IMG/VR virus record: IMGVR_UViG_3300030117_007612
Coordinates: 139,369 to 203,368 of that record
Reading direction: 5' to 3' (one strand)
DNA length: 64,000 nt
Source: a virus
Taxonomy: Duplodnaviria; Caudoviricetes
In this document: in pieces, positions 18,513-29,205 of the stretch
Layout of the letters: every line of letters starts with the position of its first letter
Numbering within the stretch: position 1 is the first letter of the stretch
Translations under genes and position numbers: made by a program
The notes under the pieces: model-generated
Told to the model about the DNA's origin: nothing
Database searches by the model: none
The model's input: the letters and a program-made list of their open reading frames with translations, nothing else

Positions 18513-19480
18513 AAAGACTTTTAATTATCGATGGCCTAAATGCTTACCTGAGAGCCTATATCGTTGATCCTAGTTTATCTACAAATGGGCAACCAATTGG
18601 AGGTGTTAAGGGTTTCTTAAAAATCATCCAAAAGCTTATCAGAGAAATTAAGCCAGACAGTGTTTTTATTGCATGGGATGGGCCTAACGGCTCTAAAAAA
18701 CGCAAGACAATGGACAAGAACTACAAAGAGGGTCGGAAACCGATACGCCTTAATAGATCTGTGCGCAATCTTACTGAAGCGGAGGAGTTGGAAAATAAAA
18801 TCTGGCAACAAACTCGACTATTTGAGTATTTGAATTGTCTGCCCATAATTCAGGTTTTGATACCAGAAACAGAAGCAGATGATGTTATCTCCTACGTCAC
18901 ACAGCTGCCAGATTATGCAGATTGGCAAAAAGTCATAGTATCAAATGATCGAGATTTCCTACAATTGTGCGATGATAAGACTGTTTTATATCGGCCTGTT
19001 AAAAAAGAAGTTTACAACAAAAACAAGATTATTGAAGAGTATGGAATTCACCCTACAAACATGGCTCTGGCCCGGGCCATTGCTGGTGATGCTTCTGACA
19101 ATCTGCCCGGCATTAAGGGTGTCGGTATGGGCGGTATAAAAAAACGGTTGCCTTTTTTGTCAGAAGAGAAGACTTTTACGTCGGATGATGTCATTGAATT
19201 TTGTGATAGTACGGAAAGTAAGTTAAAGTTTTACCAGAACATTGCCGAAAATCAAGAGATCGTGGATCATAATTATAAAATGATGCAACTTTATTCTCCT
19301 CAATTGTCCTATCAGGGCAAAAATAAAATTAAGTATGCAGTTCGGGAATTCGAATGTGAATTCAATAAGATAGAATTTATGCGTATGATGATTGAGGATG
19401 GTTTTGGCGAGTGGGACTGGTCAGAATTGAAACTTAAGATGAATTCCTTTGTCGTTGATAGGAACAAAATGACTAGTTAA
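18509..19480 (+). CDS. 5'-3' exonuclease / RNase H (PolA 5' nuclease family)
   Basis: LIIDG.N, WDG, EADD.I, SNDRDFLQL, GDASDNLPGIKGVG. Confidence 0.92.
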   Translation: MKRLLIIDGLNAYLRAYIVDPSLSTNGQPIGGVKGFLKIIQKLIREIKPDSVFIAWDGPNGSKKRKTMDKNYKEGRKPIRLNRSVRNLTEAEELENKIWQQTRLFEYLNCLPIIQVLIPETEADDVISYVTQLPDYADWQKVIVSNDRDFLQLCDDKTVLYRPVKKEVYNKNKIIEEYGIHPTNMALARAIAGDASDNLPGIKGVGMGGIKKRLPFLSEEKTFTSDDVIEFCDSTESKLKFYQNIAENQEIVDHNYKMMQLYSPQLSYQGKNKIKYAVREFECEFNKIEFMRMMIEDGFGEWDWSELKLKMNSFVVDRNKMTS

Positions 19481-19493
19481 TCGTGTTGCATTA

Positions 19494-19523
19494 TTGACAA
19501 TCAAGCAATTAGTGTTATATAAT
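19494..19523 (+). promoter_or_regulatory. Sigma70-type promoter
   Basis: TTGACA-N18-TATAAT. Confidence 0.65.
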
Positions 19524-19543
19524 ATAATTCAAAGTGAGGGCAC

Positions 19544-20926
19544 ATGAAAGAGCAGGCTAGCTTCTCAAAATTTGGCACTTCTTTCCAAGAAGGGTTATGT
19601 CAACTTATATTCGAAGATCGACCGTTCGCAGATCAAATCATGGAAGTTTTGGATATCAATTTCCTTGAATTGGAGTATCTTCGGGTATTCGTCAGCAAGT
19701 TGTTTACGTATCGTGCAAAGTACAATCTTCATCCCGTCGCGGATACCATTGAAACAATCCTACAGACGGAATTGGAAAGTGAAAACGAGGTTACAAGACA
19801 ACAGGCGATCGAGTACTTTGCTAAGATTCAAGAGAGCGGCTTACATGATTCGGAATACATCAAAGATACCGCTCTGGATTTTTGCCGAAAGCAAAAATTA
19901 AAGGAGGCAATGCTACGTTCCGTTAATTTGCTTAAAAAGTCGTCTTTTGATGAGATATCGAAAGTAATCAATGAAGCCCTAATTTTGGGTTCTGATACTA
20001 ATTTTGGATATGATTATCTTGTCGATTTTGAGGAGAGATTCAAACCCAAGTTCAGAAACCCCGTTACAACTGGCTGGGACGAGATTGATTCCATCTGTGG
20101 GGGTGGCCTAGGGAAGAATGAATTGGGCGTAGTCATAGCCCCTACAGGCGCCGGCAAAAGCATGGTTCTTGTACACCTTGGCGCTCAAGCGGTGCTTCAA
20201 GGTAAGACTGTGATTCATTATACTTTAGAATTGCAAGATTCTGTAATCGCCAAAAGATACGATAGTTGCATAGTTGGGTACCCTCTTGGCGAATTGAGCA
20301 ATTTTAAAGATGAGATTTTTGAAAACATCAAGGACATATCAGGACAGTTGATTATCAAAGAATACCCAACCAAGAGCGCCAGCACTAATACTATAAAATC
20401 ACATCTATCGTCACTCATGAAGCGGGGCATTCAGCCCGGCATGATTATTGTTGATTACGGCGACTTGTTGCGGCCAGTTTCAATTCAAAAAGAAAAGAGA
20501 AACGAACTGGAAACAATTTACGAAGAACTACGTTGTATTGCTGGTGAATTTCAATGCCCTGTTTGGACCGCCTCTCAAACAAATCGCTCAGGCCTGAATG
20601 CCGAGGTAATAACAATGGAGTCAATTTCAGAAGCGTTTAATAAATGCTTTGTTGCCGATTTTATTTTCTCTGTATCGAGAACTATTGACGATAAAAGAGC
20701 AAATACTGGAAGAATTTTTATTGCTAAAAATAGGAATGGGCCTGACGGTGTCACATATCCAATATTTATGGACACAAGTGTTGTAAAAATTAAAGTCCTT
20801 TCAGAGAACAATAATGTAATTACATCTACGAACAATCAAACTGAAATAACTGCTGCTCCGCCATTGAGTGCGAAAGAGCAATCAGAATTATTAAAGAAGA
20901 AATACGCAAACTTTAGGAGGAAATAG
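19544..20926 (+). CDS. Replicative DNA helicase (DnaB/gp41 family)
   Basis: Walker A APTGAGKS, VDYGDL, WTASQTNR, KNRNGPDG. Confidence 0.93.
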   Translation: MKEQASFSKFGTSFQEGLCQLIFEDRPFADQIMEVLDINFLELEYLRVFVSKLFTYRAKYNLHPVADTIETILQTELESENEVTRQQAIEYFAKIQESGLHDSEYIKDTALDFCRKQKLKEAMLRSVNLLKKSSFDEISKVINEALILGSDTNFGYDYLVDFEERFKPKFRNPVTTGWDEIDSICGGGLGKNELGVVIAPTGAGKSMVLVHLGAQAVLQGKTVIHYTLELQDSVIAKRYDSCIVGYPLGELSNFKDEIFENIKDISGQLIIKEYPTKSASTNTIKSHLSSLMKRGIQPGMIIVDYGDLLRPVSIQKEKRNELETIYEELRCIAGEFQCPVWTASQTNRSGLNAEVITMESISEAFNKCFVADFIFSVSRTIDDKRANTGRIFIAKNRNGPDGVTYPIFMDTSVVKIKVLSENNNVITSTNNQTEITAAPPLSAKEQSELLKKKYANFRRK

Positions 20927-20927
20927 T

Positions 20928-22910
20928 ATGAATCTTGGTACCATAGAATCGGCGACTATTCGCCGCTTTCGTTTATCAGAAAGCTTTATTGAACAGTATA
21001 AGGAGAAAGAAGTCCCATGGGGACCCTTGGGGTATGTTACGTTTAAAAGGACGTATTCTCGCCGCTTGAGTGAATTTGATCCTGATACTTCTGGAACGGA
21101 AGAGTGGTACCAAACATGCCGACGCGTTATCGAGGGGATGTTCACTGTACAAAAGCAGCACGTGCGAACTTTAGGTCTTGAGTGGAACGATGCGAAAGCA
21201 CAAAAAACCGCCAAAGATGCATATGACAGGCTTTTTACTTTGAAGTGGACCCCTCCCGGCCGCGGCCTGTGGATGATGGGCACCAAATTTATTGAGGAAA
21301 GAACCGGCGCCGCATTGTTTAACTGTGCTTTTAGATCGACGAAGGATATAGCTACAAAGGGCGGGTACCTTTTTGCATGGATTATGGATGCCTTGATGGT
21401 GGGGATAGGTGTAGGCTTCGACACCAAGGGCGCTGACTCAGCAATTATCAAAGAGCCAGAATGGACAAGCGAACTGCACACAATCCCAGACAGCCGAGAA
21501 GGCTGGGTAGAGTCGGTCAGAATGCTGTTGGATGGCTTTTACTTTGGTGCTAAAGTGCCACAATTTGATTATTCTGCCATTAGGCCGTTCGGCGCGCCAA
21601 TCCGCGGCTTTGGTGGAACCTCAAGCGGTCATGGCCCCCTGAAAGAACTCCATGAGTCACTAACAGAACTATACAACTCTAGAGTTGGCCAGCCTATCAC
21701 TTCAACAGATCTGGTTGACACGCAAAACCTTATTGGCCGTTGCGTTGTGTCTGGCAATGTGCGCCGATCGGCCGCACTGGCCATTGGCAGTCATGATGAC
21801 ATGCAATATCTCATGATGAAGAACGATCAGGAGAAACTATATCACCATCGATGGAACTCAAACAACTCCTTCCACGCAAAAGTGGGGATGGACTATACTT
21901 GGCATGCAGAGCAAAGTCAAATCAATGGTGAGCCGGGCTATATTTGGCTAGACAACGCCAGAACTCGCGGAAGATTTAAGGACGGCACAAAATACGATGA
22001 TATTAACGTGGTTGGCTTCAATCCATGTGTTGAGCAACAATTAGAAGATGCTGAATTGTGTTGTTTGGTTGAGACTTATCCTGCAAAACATGAGGATTAT
22101 GATGATTACCTTAAGACGCTCAAGATCGCCTATCTTTATGGCAAAACTGTAACGCTAATCAACACTCACTGGCCAGAGACAAATGCGATCATGTTGAAAA
22201 ACCGAAGAATCGGATTGTCTCAGTCGGGTGTTGTTCAGGCATTTAATAAGTTCGGCCGCCGTGAAATTTTAAATTGGTGCGATAACGCCTATGATCACAT
22301 TCGCGACTTGGATAAAGAATATTCTAACTGGCTGTGTGTTCCAAGATCGATCAGGATGACTAGCATTAAACCTTCGGGCACTGTTTCCCTGTTGAATGGG
22401 TCGACCCCGGGGATTCACTTTCCTGAAAATGAATATTATATTAGACGAATTAGATTTGGAAAAGATTCAGATTTACTTGACAATTTGAAAGAAGCCGGCT
22501 ATACTATTGAAAATGATGAGTATTCTCCGAATACCGTCTGCGTGGAGTTTCCAGTGCATGAGCCATACTACGTAAAAGGTAAAAGGGATGTTTCCTTGTG
22601 GGAGCAGCTTGAAATTGCAGCACAATACCAACACTATTGGGCCGACAACTCCGTTTCAATTACTGTGACATTTAAGCCTGAAGAGGCACATAATATAAAA
22701 GAGGCACTTGAAATGTATGAGACAAGACTAAAGGCTGTATCGTTCTTGAAATATGAAGAAACGGGATACAAACAGGCGCCATATGAGCCAATTAGCAAGG
22801 AACTTTATGATAAGATGGTGAGTAGAATTAAGCCAATTAGTAGAGTTGATACCGATCAAGGCGGCGTTGGTTCCAAATTTTGCACAAATGATTCGTGCAC
22901 GATAATGTGA
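20928..22910 (+). CDS. nrdJ: Class II (B12-dependent) ribonucleotide reductase, monomeric RTPR type
   Basis: PPGRGLW, GNVRRSA, NPCVEQ.L, LCCLVE, IKPSGTVS, C-terminal FCTNDSC. Confidence 0.93.
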   Translation: MNLGTIESATIRRFRLSESFIEQYKEKEVPWGPLGYVTFKRTYSRRLSEFDPDTSGTEEWYQTCRRVIEGMFTVQKQHVRTLGLEWNDAKAQKTAKDAYDRLFTLKWTPPGRGLWMMGTKFIEERTGAALFNCAFRSTKDIATKGGYLFAWIMDALMVGIGVGFDTKGADSAIIKEPEWTSELHTIPDSREGWVESVRMLLDGFYFGAKVPQFDYSAIRPFGAPIRGFGGTSSGHGPLKELHESLTELYNSRVGQPITSTDLVDTQNLIGRCVVSGNVRRSAALAIGSHDDMQYLMMKNDQEKLYHHRWNSNNSFHAKVGMDYTWHAEQSQINGEPGYIWLDNARTRGRFKDGTKYDDINVVGFNPCVEQQLEDAELCCLVETYPAKHEDYDDYLKTLKIAYLYGKTVTLINTHWPETNAIMLKNRRIGLSQSGVVQAFNKFGRREILNWCDNAYDHIRDLDKEYSNWLCVPRSIRMTSIKPSGTVSLLNGSTPGIHFPENEYYIRRIRFGKDSDLLDNLKEAGYTIENDEYSPNTVCVEFPVHEPYYVKGKRDVSLWEQLEIAAQYQHYWADNSVSITVTFKPEEAHNIKEALEMYETRLKAVSFLKYEETGYKQAPYEPISKELYDKMVSRIKPISRVDTDQGGVGSKFCTNDSCTIM

Positions 22911-22918
22911 GGTGTTAG

Positions 22919-23152
22919 TTGGGAAATTTTAATCATTTGATGGACGCGAGGTTTTTAAAGAGAAGGTGCAAGGCAAATGGAAACGAGTGTTACTGGATTC
23001 CTGCAGGAAACGTAAGGTCAACTCAAGGCAACAATGTACACATGACCATGTACTGCAGGCATTGTAATACCAGAGAAGATATCTTTTTGACTCAAAAAGA
23101 ATATAAGATACACGAAAACACAATTTTAAAAGAGGTAAAAAATGAAATTTAA
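22919..23152 (+). CDS. Hypothetical Cys-containing protein
   Basis: 77 aa ORF, CxxC motif. Confidence 0.55.
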   Translation: MGNFNHLMDARFLKRRCKANGNECYWIPAGNVRSTQGNNVHMTMYCRHCNTREDIFLTQKEYKIHENTILKEVKNEI

Positions 23153-23432
23153 TCCTGTAAACAGACATGTTTGGGTAGAGGTGCAACAGGAAGCAGCTAG
23201 TCCCGAACAAAGCGATATTTTACTCCCGGAGGAATACACGCAAAAAAAGACCCCCTTTACAACTTGTAGGGTTTTAAAATCTGCCCTAGACTGTAATTTG
23301 ATGTTGTTGGAGGGCGATCTTGTGATTGTTGATACTAACATGGTCCAAGAACTGAAAAATGGCTCCGACGTTTTTACAGTTGTTTTGGAAAACTATGTCT
23401 ATGGTGTGCTGCAAGATGTGGCCCAATCATGA
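23142..23432 (+). CDS. groES: Co-chaperonin GroES-like protein
   Basis: F.PVNRHVWV, ILLP, GD.VIV, V.ENYVYGV pattern. Confidence 0.75.
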   Translation: MKFNPVNRHVWVEVQQEAASPEQSDILLPEEYTQKKTPFTTCRVLKSALDCNLMLLEGDLVIVDTNMVQELKNGSDVFTVVLENYVYGVLQDVAQS

Positions 23433-23650
23433 AATTAAGTTTTACAAAGTTGATAATTGAATATGACTCCGAGGCCCACGGAAGAAGGATACTGGACCTG
23501 CTTGATTCTATTAACATTGTAAAATTTCAGGCAAGCATCGAGGCCCCCTCGACTAAGGGTTATTTTTGTATAGGTGGAACCGATCCTTCCACCTTAACAG
23601 ATGCCATCTCTTCGATTATCGACCACAAGAAAGAAATTGAGGGTGAATAG
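23429..23650 (+). CDS. Hypothetical protein
   Basis: 73 aa ORF coupled to both neighbours. Confidence 0.6.
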   Translation: MKLSFTKLIIEYDSEAHGRRILDLLDSINIVKFQASIEAPSTKGYFCIGGTDPSTLTDAISSIIDHKKEIEGE

Positions 23651-24527
23651 TACCCTACATAATTTATTCTACGATGAAATAGTGATCGGAGCCTCTCTGG
23701 GTGCACTGATGTATTCTTTCACCACAGGCGCCCCAGTGTTTTCTGTGGGCAACAATAAGCCACACAAATTTGATTATTTTAAAGATAAACAAGATATAGA
23801 TTTTTTACTGGATCCGCCAAGAACCCTTAACACCCCGTCGGGGCCTCTCTCGCTAGGTCAGCAAAAATTGGCCCTGTGGGAGAAGCTGTATTTTATATTG
23901 AATCTTTGTGGGCTTATGCCGACGGCTCACATTGCAGATTCGCTAAGATTCACGGAAAACGAACTGAAGATATTTAACGAATACTCAAAAATCACAACAG
24001 TCAATTTTAACAAAGCAGTTGTGTTTGACGGTCAAAAAACTAATCTAAAAATTAAGAAAGAGCCAAATCGTTTTTTGATACTTGATTGGATATCTATACA
24101 CTCAGGCGGCCGCCATGATGTTGATTTGATTGAGACGGAAGATCAATTTGTTTCAAAACTTTGGTTTTATGATTCAGCAAGGGTGCCGTCAAAAATTAAA
24201 GATATGTGCGCCATTTCATTTATTGACGAAAGCGACCTTGATGCTTTTGAATGCTCAGATACATATGCAAGATTTAAGGCGGAAGATGTAATGAAAAAAC
24301 ATGGAATGCGCGGTGCCTCAAATGGAGTCGATAAGAAAACAGGCAAAAATAAATATTATGCGATTAAGACATCATGCTTAAGACGCGATAGGTTCCCACT
24401 TAATTCGCCGGACATTGTGGAAAGTGCATCAATAGTAAATAATAAAAAATCTGAATCTGATCTACTCATAGGCATGGCGCCAGCAAATGATAAAATTGCA
24501 AATACTGTGAGAAAATTATGCATTTAG
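23643..24527 (+). CDS. Hypothetical protein with degenerate Rossmann (FAD-oxidoreductase-like) N-terminus
   Basis: YDEIVIGASLGAL resembles D..VIG.G..G; start set at GTG 23643. Confidence 0.45.
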   Translation: MNSTLHNLFYDEIVIGASLGALMYSFTTGAPVFSVGNNKPHKFDYFKDKQDIDFLLDPPRTLNTPSGPLSLGQQKLALWEKLYFILNLCGLMPTAHIADSLRFTENELKIFNEYSKITTVNFNKAVVFDGQKTNLKIKKEPNRFLILDWISIHSGGRHDVDLIETEDQFVSKLWFYDSARVPSKIKDMCAISFIDESDLDAFECSDTYARFKAEDVMKKHGMRGASNGVDKKTGKNKYYAIKTSCLRRDRFPLNSPDIVESASIVNNKKSESDLLIGMAPANDKIANTVRKLCI

Positions 24528-25393
24528 CGGGTATTGTGCCAGTCGCCGGCGCAAAATTTAACTTTGGCTTCGATTGGCACGATTGCTTGATGCCCCTCGA
24601 TCAAAACTACACAGCGATTGAGAGGGCAGTTTACGAGTGCGCCATGGCCGGATGTCAGACAATTTGGGTGGTTGCAAATAATGATATGCAACCGCTTATT
24701 AAAAGCAGGGTGGGCGAATGGATTCAAGATCCGGTTTGGTATGGCCGCACACATGATCGATATCCGACCGAATCTAGAAAAGAGATTCCAATCTACTACG
24801 TGCCGGTCCACCCAAAAGATCGTGATCGTCGCGACAGCCTAGGCTGGAGCATACTTTATGGGGCATATGTGTCATACACCACCTCTAATTCTATTAGTAA
24901 CTGGCTAACTCCCCATAAGTATTATTGCGCTTTTCCTTACGGAGTTTATGAGCCAAATGAAATAAGGTCATACCGTGCGCAAATAATAGATCCAGAAACA
25001 AACGTGATTATAAATTATAACGGAAAGACGGTAAAAGATAACGAATATCTTGGATTTACGTTTAATGGCGAGGACTTTAAAAGATGCAGGAGCCACGTCA
25101 ACGACAGCACCACTAGAAGCTATCACCCGCCAGCGCCCGGCGATAAGTATCCGACCCAGCGCCTCTCTGCGGAAGAAAGGTGGTCTGCTAGAAATTTTGA
25201 TCTCAAAACCGTCTTTAATGAGCTAACATTGGAAAAAAAAGAAATTATTTCTCTCCCGTGGTACTTCCCTATCGATTCTTGGAGTAATTATAGAGAGTAC
25301 ATCGCTAGTGAATGCAGTATTGCTCTCCCTAGCGAATCTTTTAGGAAGACAACAAAGAGAAATAAATTACATGAAAAAGTTTCAGAAAGGTGA
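24518..25393 (+). CDS. Sugar-phosphate nucleotidyltransferase-like protein (degenerate)
   Basis: LAGIVPVAG...LMPL...IERAV.EC..AGCQTIWVV; GxGTRL and catalytic Lys not conserved. Confidence 0.6.
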   Translation: MHLAGIVPVAGAKFNFGFDWHDCLMPLDQNYTAIERAVYECAMAGCQTIWVVANNDMQPLIKSRVGEWIQDPVWYGRTHDRYPTESRKEIPIYYVPVHPKDRDRRDSLGWSILYGAYVSYTTSNSISNWLTPHKYYCAFPYGVYEPNEIRSYRAQIIDPETNVIINYNGKTVKDNEYLGFTFNGEDFKRCRSHVNDSTTRSYHPPAPGDKYPTQRLSAEERWSARNFDLKTVFNELTLEKKEIISLPWYFPIDSWSNYREYIASECSIALPSESFRKTTKRNKLHEKVSER

Positions 25394-25622
25394 TCTTGTC
25401 AGGTTCCCGGCCCCGATGGGCCTTCCTGACGTATTTCCAATCAATGAAACAAAAGTAGGTATACTCATAAAAAAGGTTGACAAGTTGCCCGAAAAAGGAT
25501 ATTATCTATATGATAGATGGGTTGTTCTCTGCGGGGATGAAGAACACATCGTAACGGAATCACTCCTCGAAAATTTAAACCCAGTTAATAAAAAAAAGAA
25601 ACAGGAAAAAGATGAAGAATAG
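25371..25622 (+). CDS. SH3/KOW-like small protein
   Basis: FQKGDLV...GILIK...W.V pattern shared with the array family. Confidence 0.55.
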   Translation: MKKFQKGDLVRFPAPMGLPDVFPINETKVGILIKKVDKLPEKGYYLYDRWVVLCGDEEHIVTESLLENLNPVNKKKKQEKDEE

Positions 25623-28600
25623 AACCAATTCAGAAATAAAGTTTGTAGGACTACACGCCCACAGTGTTGCCGGCTCGCTTTTTGATGCTATCGGATATCC
25701 GCAGGCCCATATGGATTTTGCATACGATAATGGCTGTGATGCCTTGGCTCTCACTGACCATGGTAACATGAATGGTTTGGCATATCAAGTGTTGCATGCC
25801 AAGAAGATGCAAGAGGCCGGCAAGAAATTTAAGCCTATTTTTGGATGCGAAGCGTACTTTACGCCGTCGATATCTGAGTGGCGTGAAGCGTATGAACAAG
25901 CCATGGAAGACAAGAAGGCAGCTCGCTCAATAAAGAAAGACGAACAATCCGGCGCAACCGTCGAAGATGAGGGCAACAGCAAAAAAACACAAGACATTTT
26001 GCGCCGCCGTCGCCACCTTGTTCTGTTGGCGCAGAACCAGACTGGATTAAACAACCTATTTAAATTAGTATCGGAATCTTACAAGGCTGAGAATTTTTAT
26101 CGATATCCCCGTATTGATTATGCGCTTCTTAAAAAATACAATGAAGGTATCATTGCTTCCTCTGCTTGTCTTGGCGGGGTGTACGCTGGAAACTATTGGG
26201 AAAATAGAGAAGAGGGCCCTGAAGCAGTGCTCGACGCTATGCGTGAGTCCACTCGACGTATGGTCGACATTTTCGGTGATAGGTGGTATGCCGAGATACA
26301 ATGGAACAACATCAACGAGCAGCATGAACTTAATCAATTTGTAATTCAAGTTGCTCAAGAGTTTGGCGTTGGACTGATCACAACAGCCGACAGCCATTAC
26401 CCCAACCCTGACGCTTGGAAGGACAGAGAGCTTTACAAGCGTCTTGGTTGGCTTGGTAAAGGCCGGCCCTCATGGGCCGATGAGGAATCTGAACTTCCGG
26501 ATGGAGTTGAAGAAATTGGATATGAGCTTTATCCAAAGAATGGCGATCAAATATGGCAAAGTTATAAAGATTACTCAAAGTCAACCGGGTTTGAGTATGA
26601 TGACGATGTTGTGTTGAGCAGCATCCAAGAGACGCATCGAATTGCGTTCGATAGAATCGAAGACTTCCTGCCAGACAACACGGTACGATTGCCTGAATTT
26701 GTTGTGCCGGCAGGATTTACAGCTACACAGGCGCTTGTAAACTTTGCACTTGAGGGCTTGAAAGAGAGGGGTCTACATAAAAACAAGAAATACACTGACC
26801 GCCTTAAGATGGAATTGAACACGATTGATGAGCGTGGCTTTTCAAAATACTTTTTAACAATGAAATCTATCGCCGATGTGGCTGCCAGCATGATGCTAGC
26901 CGGCCCGGGCCGCGGCTCAGCCGCAGGTTCTCTTGTTGCCTATGCGCTGGGCATCACCCAAATTGATCCAATCAAGCATGGCCTTCTATTCTCAAGATTT
27001 TTACGCTCTGATGCGACCGATTATCCTGATATTGACTATGATGTATCCGACAGCATGGCACTCAAAGAGAGGCTGGTTGAAATGTGGGGCGAAGACTGTG
27101 TAGCTCCAATTTCCAATTGGAACACATTGCAGCTCAAAAGTTTAATTAAGGATATCTCAAAATTATATGGAATTCCGTTTACGGAGGTCAACACCGTCAC
27201 CTCTGTTATGATCCGTGAAGCCACGCCCGAGGCCAAGAGAAAGCATGGTGTTCGTGCTGGTGTCTATAACCCAACTTGGGAAGAGGTCATGGAGTTTTCC
27301 CCATCACTGCAGGCATACTTACAGAAGTATCCTGCCGTTAAATCTCACGTTGAGGGATTGGTTGGTCAGGTCCGCTCTTGTTCTAGACATGCCGGCGGTG
27401 TTGTTATCGCTGAAGATCTGGACCAAAGCATGCCGCTCATTAACTCAGGCGGTGTGCGACAGGCGCCATGGTCAGAGGGCCAGAACGTCCGACACCTTGA
27501 GCCAATGGGTTTTATTAAATTTGATTTGCTTGGGTTGTCGACCCTTAAGATGATGGAGGGCTGCATTGAACACATCCTTCGTCGTCATCACAATATCGAA
27601 AATCCCACGTTTGAAGACGTTAGCAATTACTATGCAGAGAATCTCCACCCGGATGTGTTGAATTTTGATAATCAAGAGGTATATGAAAACATCTTTCATG
27701 CCGGCAAGTGGGCTGGTATCTTCCAGTTTACCGAGCAGGGCGCCCAGAAATTTTGCACCAGAGTTAAGCCACGCAATATTATCGACTTGTCTGCCATCAC
27801 CTCTATCTATCGCCCCGGCCCATTAGCTGCCGGTGTGCATGATGAATATTTGGAAGCAAAAGAAAACCCACAATACATTAAGTATCTGACCGACGAGGCA
27901 AGAGACATCACGCAGGAGACGTTCGGATTCCTAATCTTTCAGGAGCAAATTGCGCTATTGGCAAACAAGCTTGGTGGCCTAAGTTTGGATGAAGGCAACA
28001 TGCTGAGAAAGGTGTTGACCAAGAAGGGAACAGGTAAGGGAGGAGTAAAAGATCAGCTTAGGATCAAGTTCACTAGCGGCTGCGCAAAGAAAGATATCAG
28101 GCTAGACGACGCAACTTCATTGTGGAATAAATTTGAATATTTCTCTGGCTACGGCTTTAACAAGTCGCATGCGGTTTCATACAGTGTAATATCGTTTCAA
28201 TGCGCATGGTTGTGGAATTACTATCCTGCCGAATGGATGGCAGCATTCTTGGACAAGGAGCCCGAGGTTCGAAAAGAAAAGGCAATAAATATTGCCCAGA
28301 AGTATGGTTTTGATATTGCGCCCTTGGATATTAACAAGTCCGGTACCGTATGGGAAATCAGCGATGATGGCAAGACTCTGATCCAACCATTAACATCCAT
28401 TAAGGGTTTGGGCTTGTCCGCTATTGAGCAAATTCTTAATTGTCGCCCTTTTAATGATGCAGAGTCTCTGCTGTTTAACGACGAGGTTGTCTATAGCAAA
28501 CTAAATAAGAAATCTCTTGATGCTCTGTGTCGAGGCGGGGCACTTGATAACCTTATGGACGAGAGATTCACAGGCAGAAAGCACTTCTGGTCAGCATGTG

Positions 28601-29046
28601 TGGTTGACAGACCAAAGAATCTTAAGAAGCTTGGCGAAAATATAGAAACATATCGACCCGAAGGTGATTTTAGCGAAGAGGAGATTATACAATTTAAAAC
28701 CGATTTGACGGGCATATTCCCAATCAATCTTGTAATCGGTGCTGACACAATTGAGCGACTCAATGAGAAATTTGTCCCACCAATTTCTGAGTTCGACGAA
28801 GATCTTCAGGTGTGTTGGTTTATACCTCGAAAAATTATACCAAGAAAAACAAAGAATGGCAAACTGTATTGGATTGTTGAAGTTATCGACAGCAACAATA
28901 ATTTGACAAAGATTCGCTGTTGGGGAGTGAAGCCCGAAAAAGATAAGATTAATTTAAATCGACCTTACATGGCGAGATTAAATTACGATGAAAATTGGGG
29001 CTTTTCAACCTACGCGATTGGCAAAACATTTAGACTATTAGCATAA
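25612..29046 (+). CDS. dnaE: DNA polymerase III alpha subunit
   Basis: PHP domain (HAHS, TDHG, HL.LLA, DSHY), GRGSAAGSL, PDIDYD, HAGG, KFDLLGL, FNKSHA; no intein seen. Confidence 0.97.
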   Translation: MKNRTNSEIKFVGLHAHSVAGSLFDAIGYPQAHMDFAYDNGCDALALTDHGNMNGLAYQVLHAKKMQEAGKKFKPIFGCEAYFTPSISEWREAYEQAMEDKKAARSIKKDEQSGATVEDEGNSKKTQDILRRRRHLVLLAQNQTGLNNLFKLVSESYKAENFYRYPRIDYALLKKYNEGIIASSACLGGVYAGNYWENREEGPEAVLDAMRESTRRMVDIFGDRWYAEIQWNNINEQHELNQFVIQVAQEFGVGLITTADSHYPNPDAWKDRELYKRLGWLGKGRPSWADEESELPDGVEEIGYELYPKNGDQIWQSYKDYSKSTGFEYDDDVVLSSIQETHRIAFDRIEDFLPDNTVRLPEFVVPAGFTATQALVNFALEGLKERGLHKNKKYTDRLKMELNTIDERGFSKYFLTMKSIADVAASMMLAGPGRGSAAGSLVAYALGITQIDPIKHGLLFSRFLRSDATDYPDIDYDVSDSMALKERLVEMWGEDCVAPISNWNTLQLKSLIKDISKLYGIPFTEVNTVTSVMIREATPEAKRKHGVRAGVYNPTWEEVMEFSPSLQAYLQKYPAVKSHVEGLVGQVRSCSRHAGGVVIAEDLDQSMPLINSGGVRQAPWSEGQNVRHLEPMGFIKFDLLGLSTLKMMEGCIEHILRRHHNIENPTFEDVSNYYAENLHPDVLNFDNQEVYENIFHAGKWAGIFQFTEQGAQKFCTRVKPRNIIDLSAITSIYRPGPLAAGVHDEYLEAKENPQYIKYLTDEARDITQETFGFLIFQEQIALLANKLGGLSLDEGNMLRKVLTKKGTGKGGVKDQLRIKFTSGCAKKDIRLDDATSLWNKFEYFSGYGFNKSHAVSYSVISFQCAWLWNYYPAEWMAAFLDKEPEVRKEKAINIAQKYGFDIAPLDINKSGTVWEISDDGKTLIQPLTSIKGLGLSAIEQILNCRPFNDAESLLFNDEVVYSKLNKKSLDALCRGGALDNLMDERFTGRKHFWSACVVDRPKNLKKLGENIETYRPEGDFSEEEIIQFKTDLTGIFPINLVIGADTIERLNEKFVPPISEFDEDLQVCWFIPRKIIPRKTKNGKLYWIVEVIDSNNNLTKIRCWGVKPEKDKINLNRPYMARLNYDENWGFSTYAIGKTFRLLA

Positions 29047-29055
29047 GGAGAAACA

Positions 29056-29205
29056 ATGTCGTCTAAGAAAAATCATGATAGAAAAAACAACAAGAAGAAA
29101 AAGAAGACAAGCATCGGCTCAAGTCAATTAACAAAATATGGCACACCCGGGCCCCATGGTGGTAACAAGAAATACAAAAAGAGGTACCGAGGCCAAGGAA
29201 AATGA
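29056..29205 (+). CDS. Small highly basic protein (49 aa)
   Basis: Manually translated MSSKKNHDRKNNKKKKK...KKYKKRYRGQGK; AAGGAG SD. Confidence 0.7.
   Translation: MSSKKNHDRKNNKKKKKTSIGSSQLTKYGTPGPHGGNKKYKKRYRGQGK

Noticed and set aside
19472-19479. ACTAGTTA as a late promoter
   Set aside because: It lies at the end of the exonuclease gene, directly before a sigma70 promoter for the helicase, so it is probably a chance match.
19544-29046. Inteins or introns in helicase, RNR, DnaE or RecA
   Set aside because: Lengths are normal for the families, and no intein splice-junction or homing-endonuclease motifs were seen.
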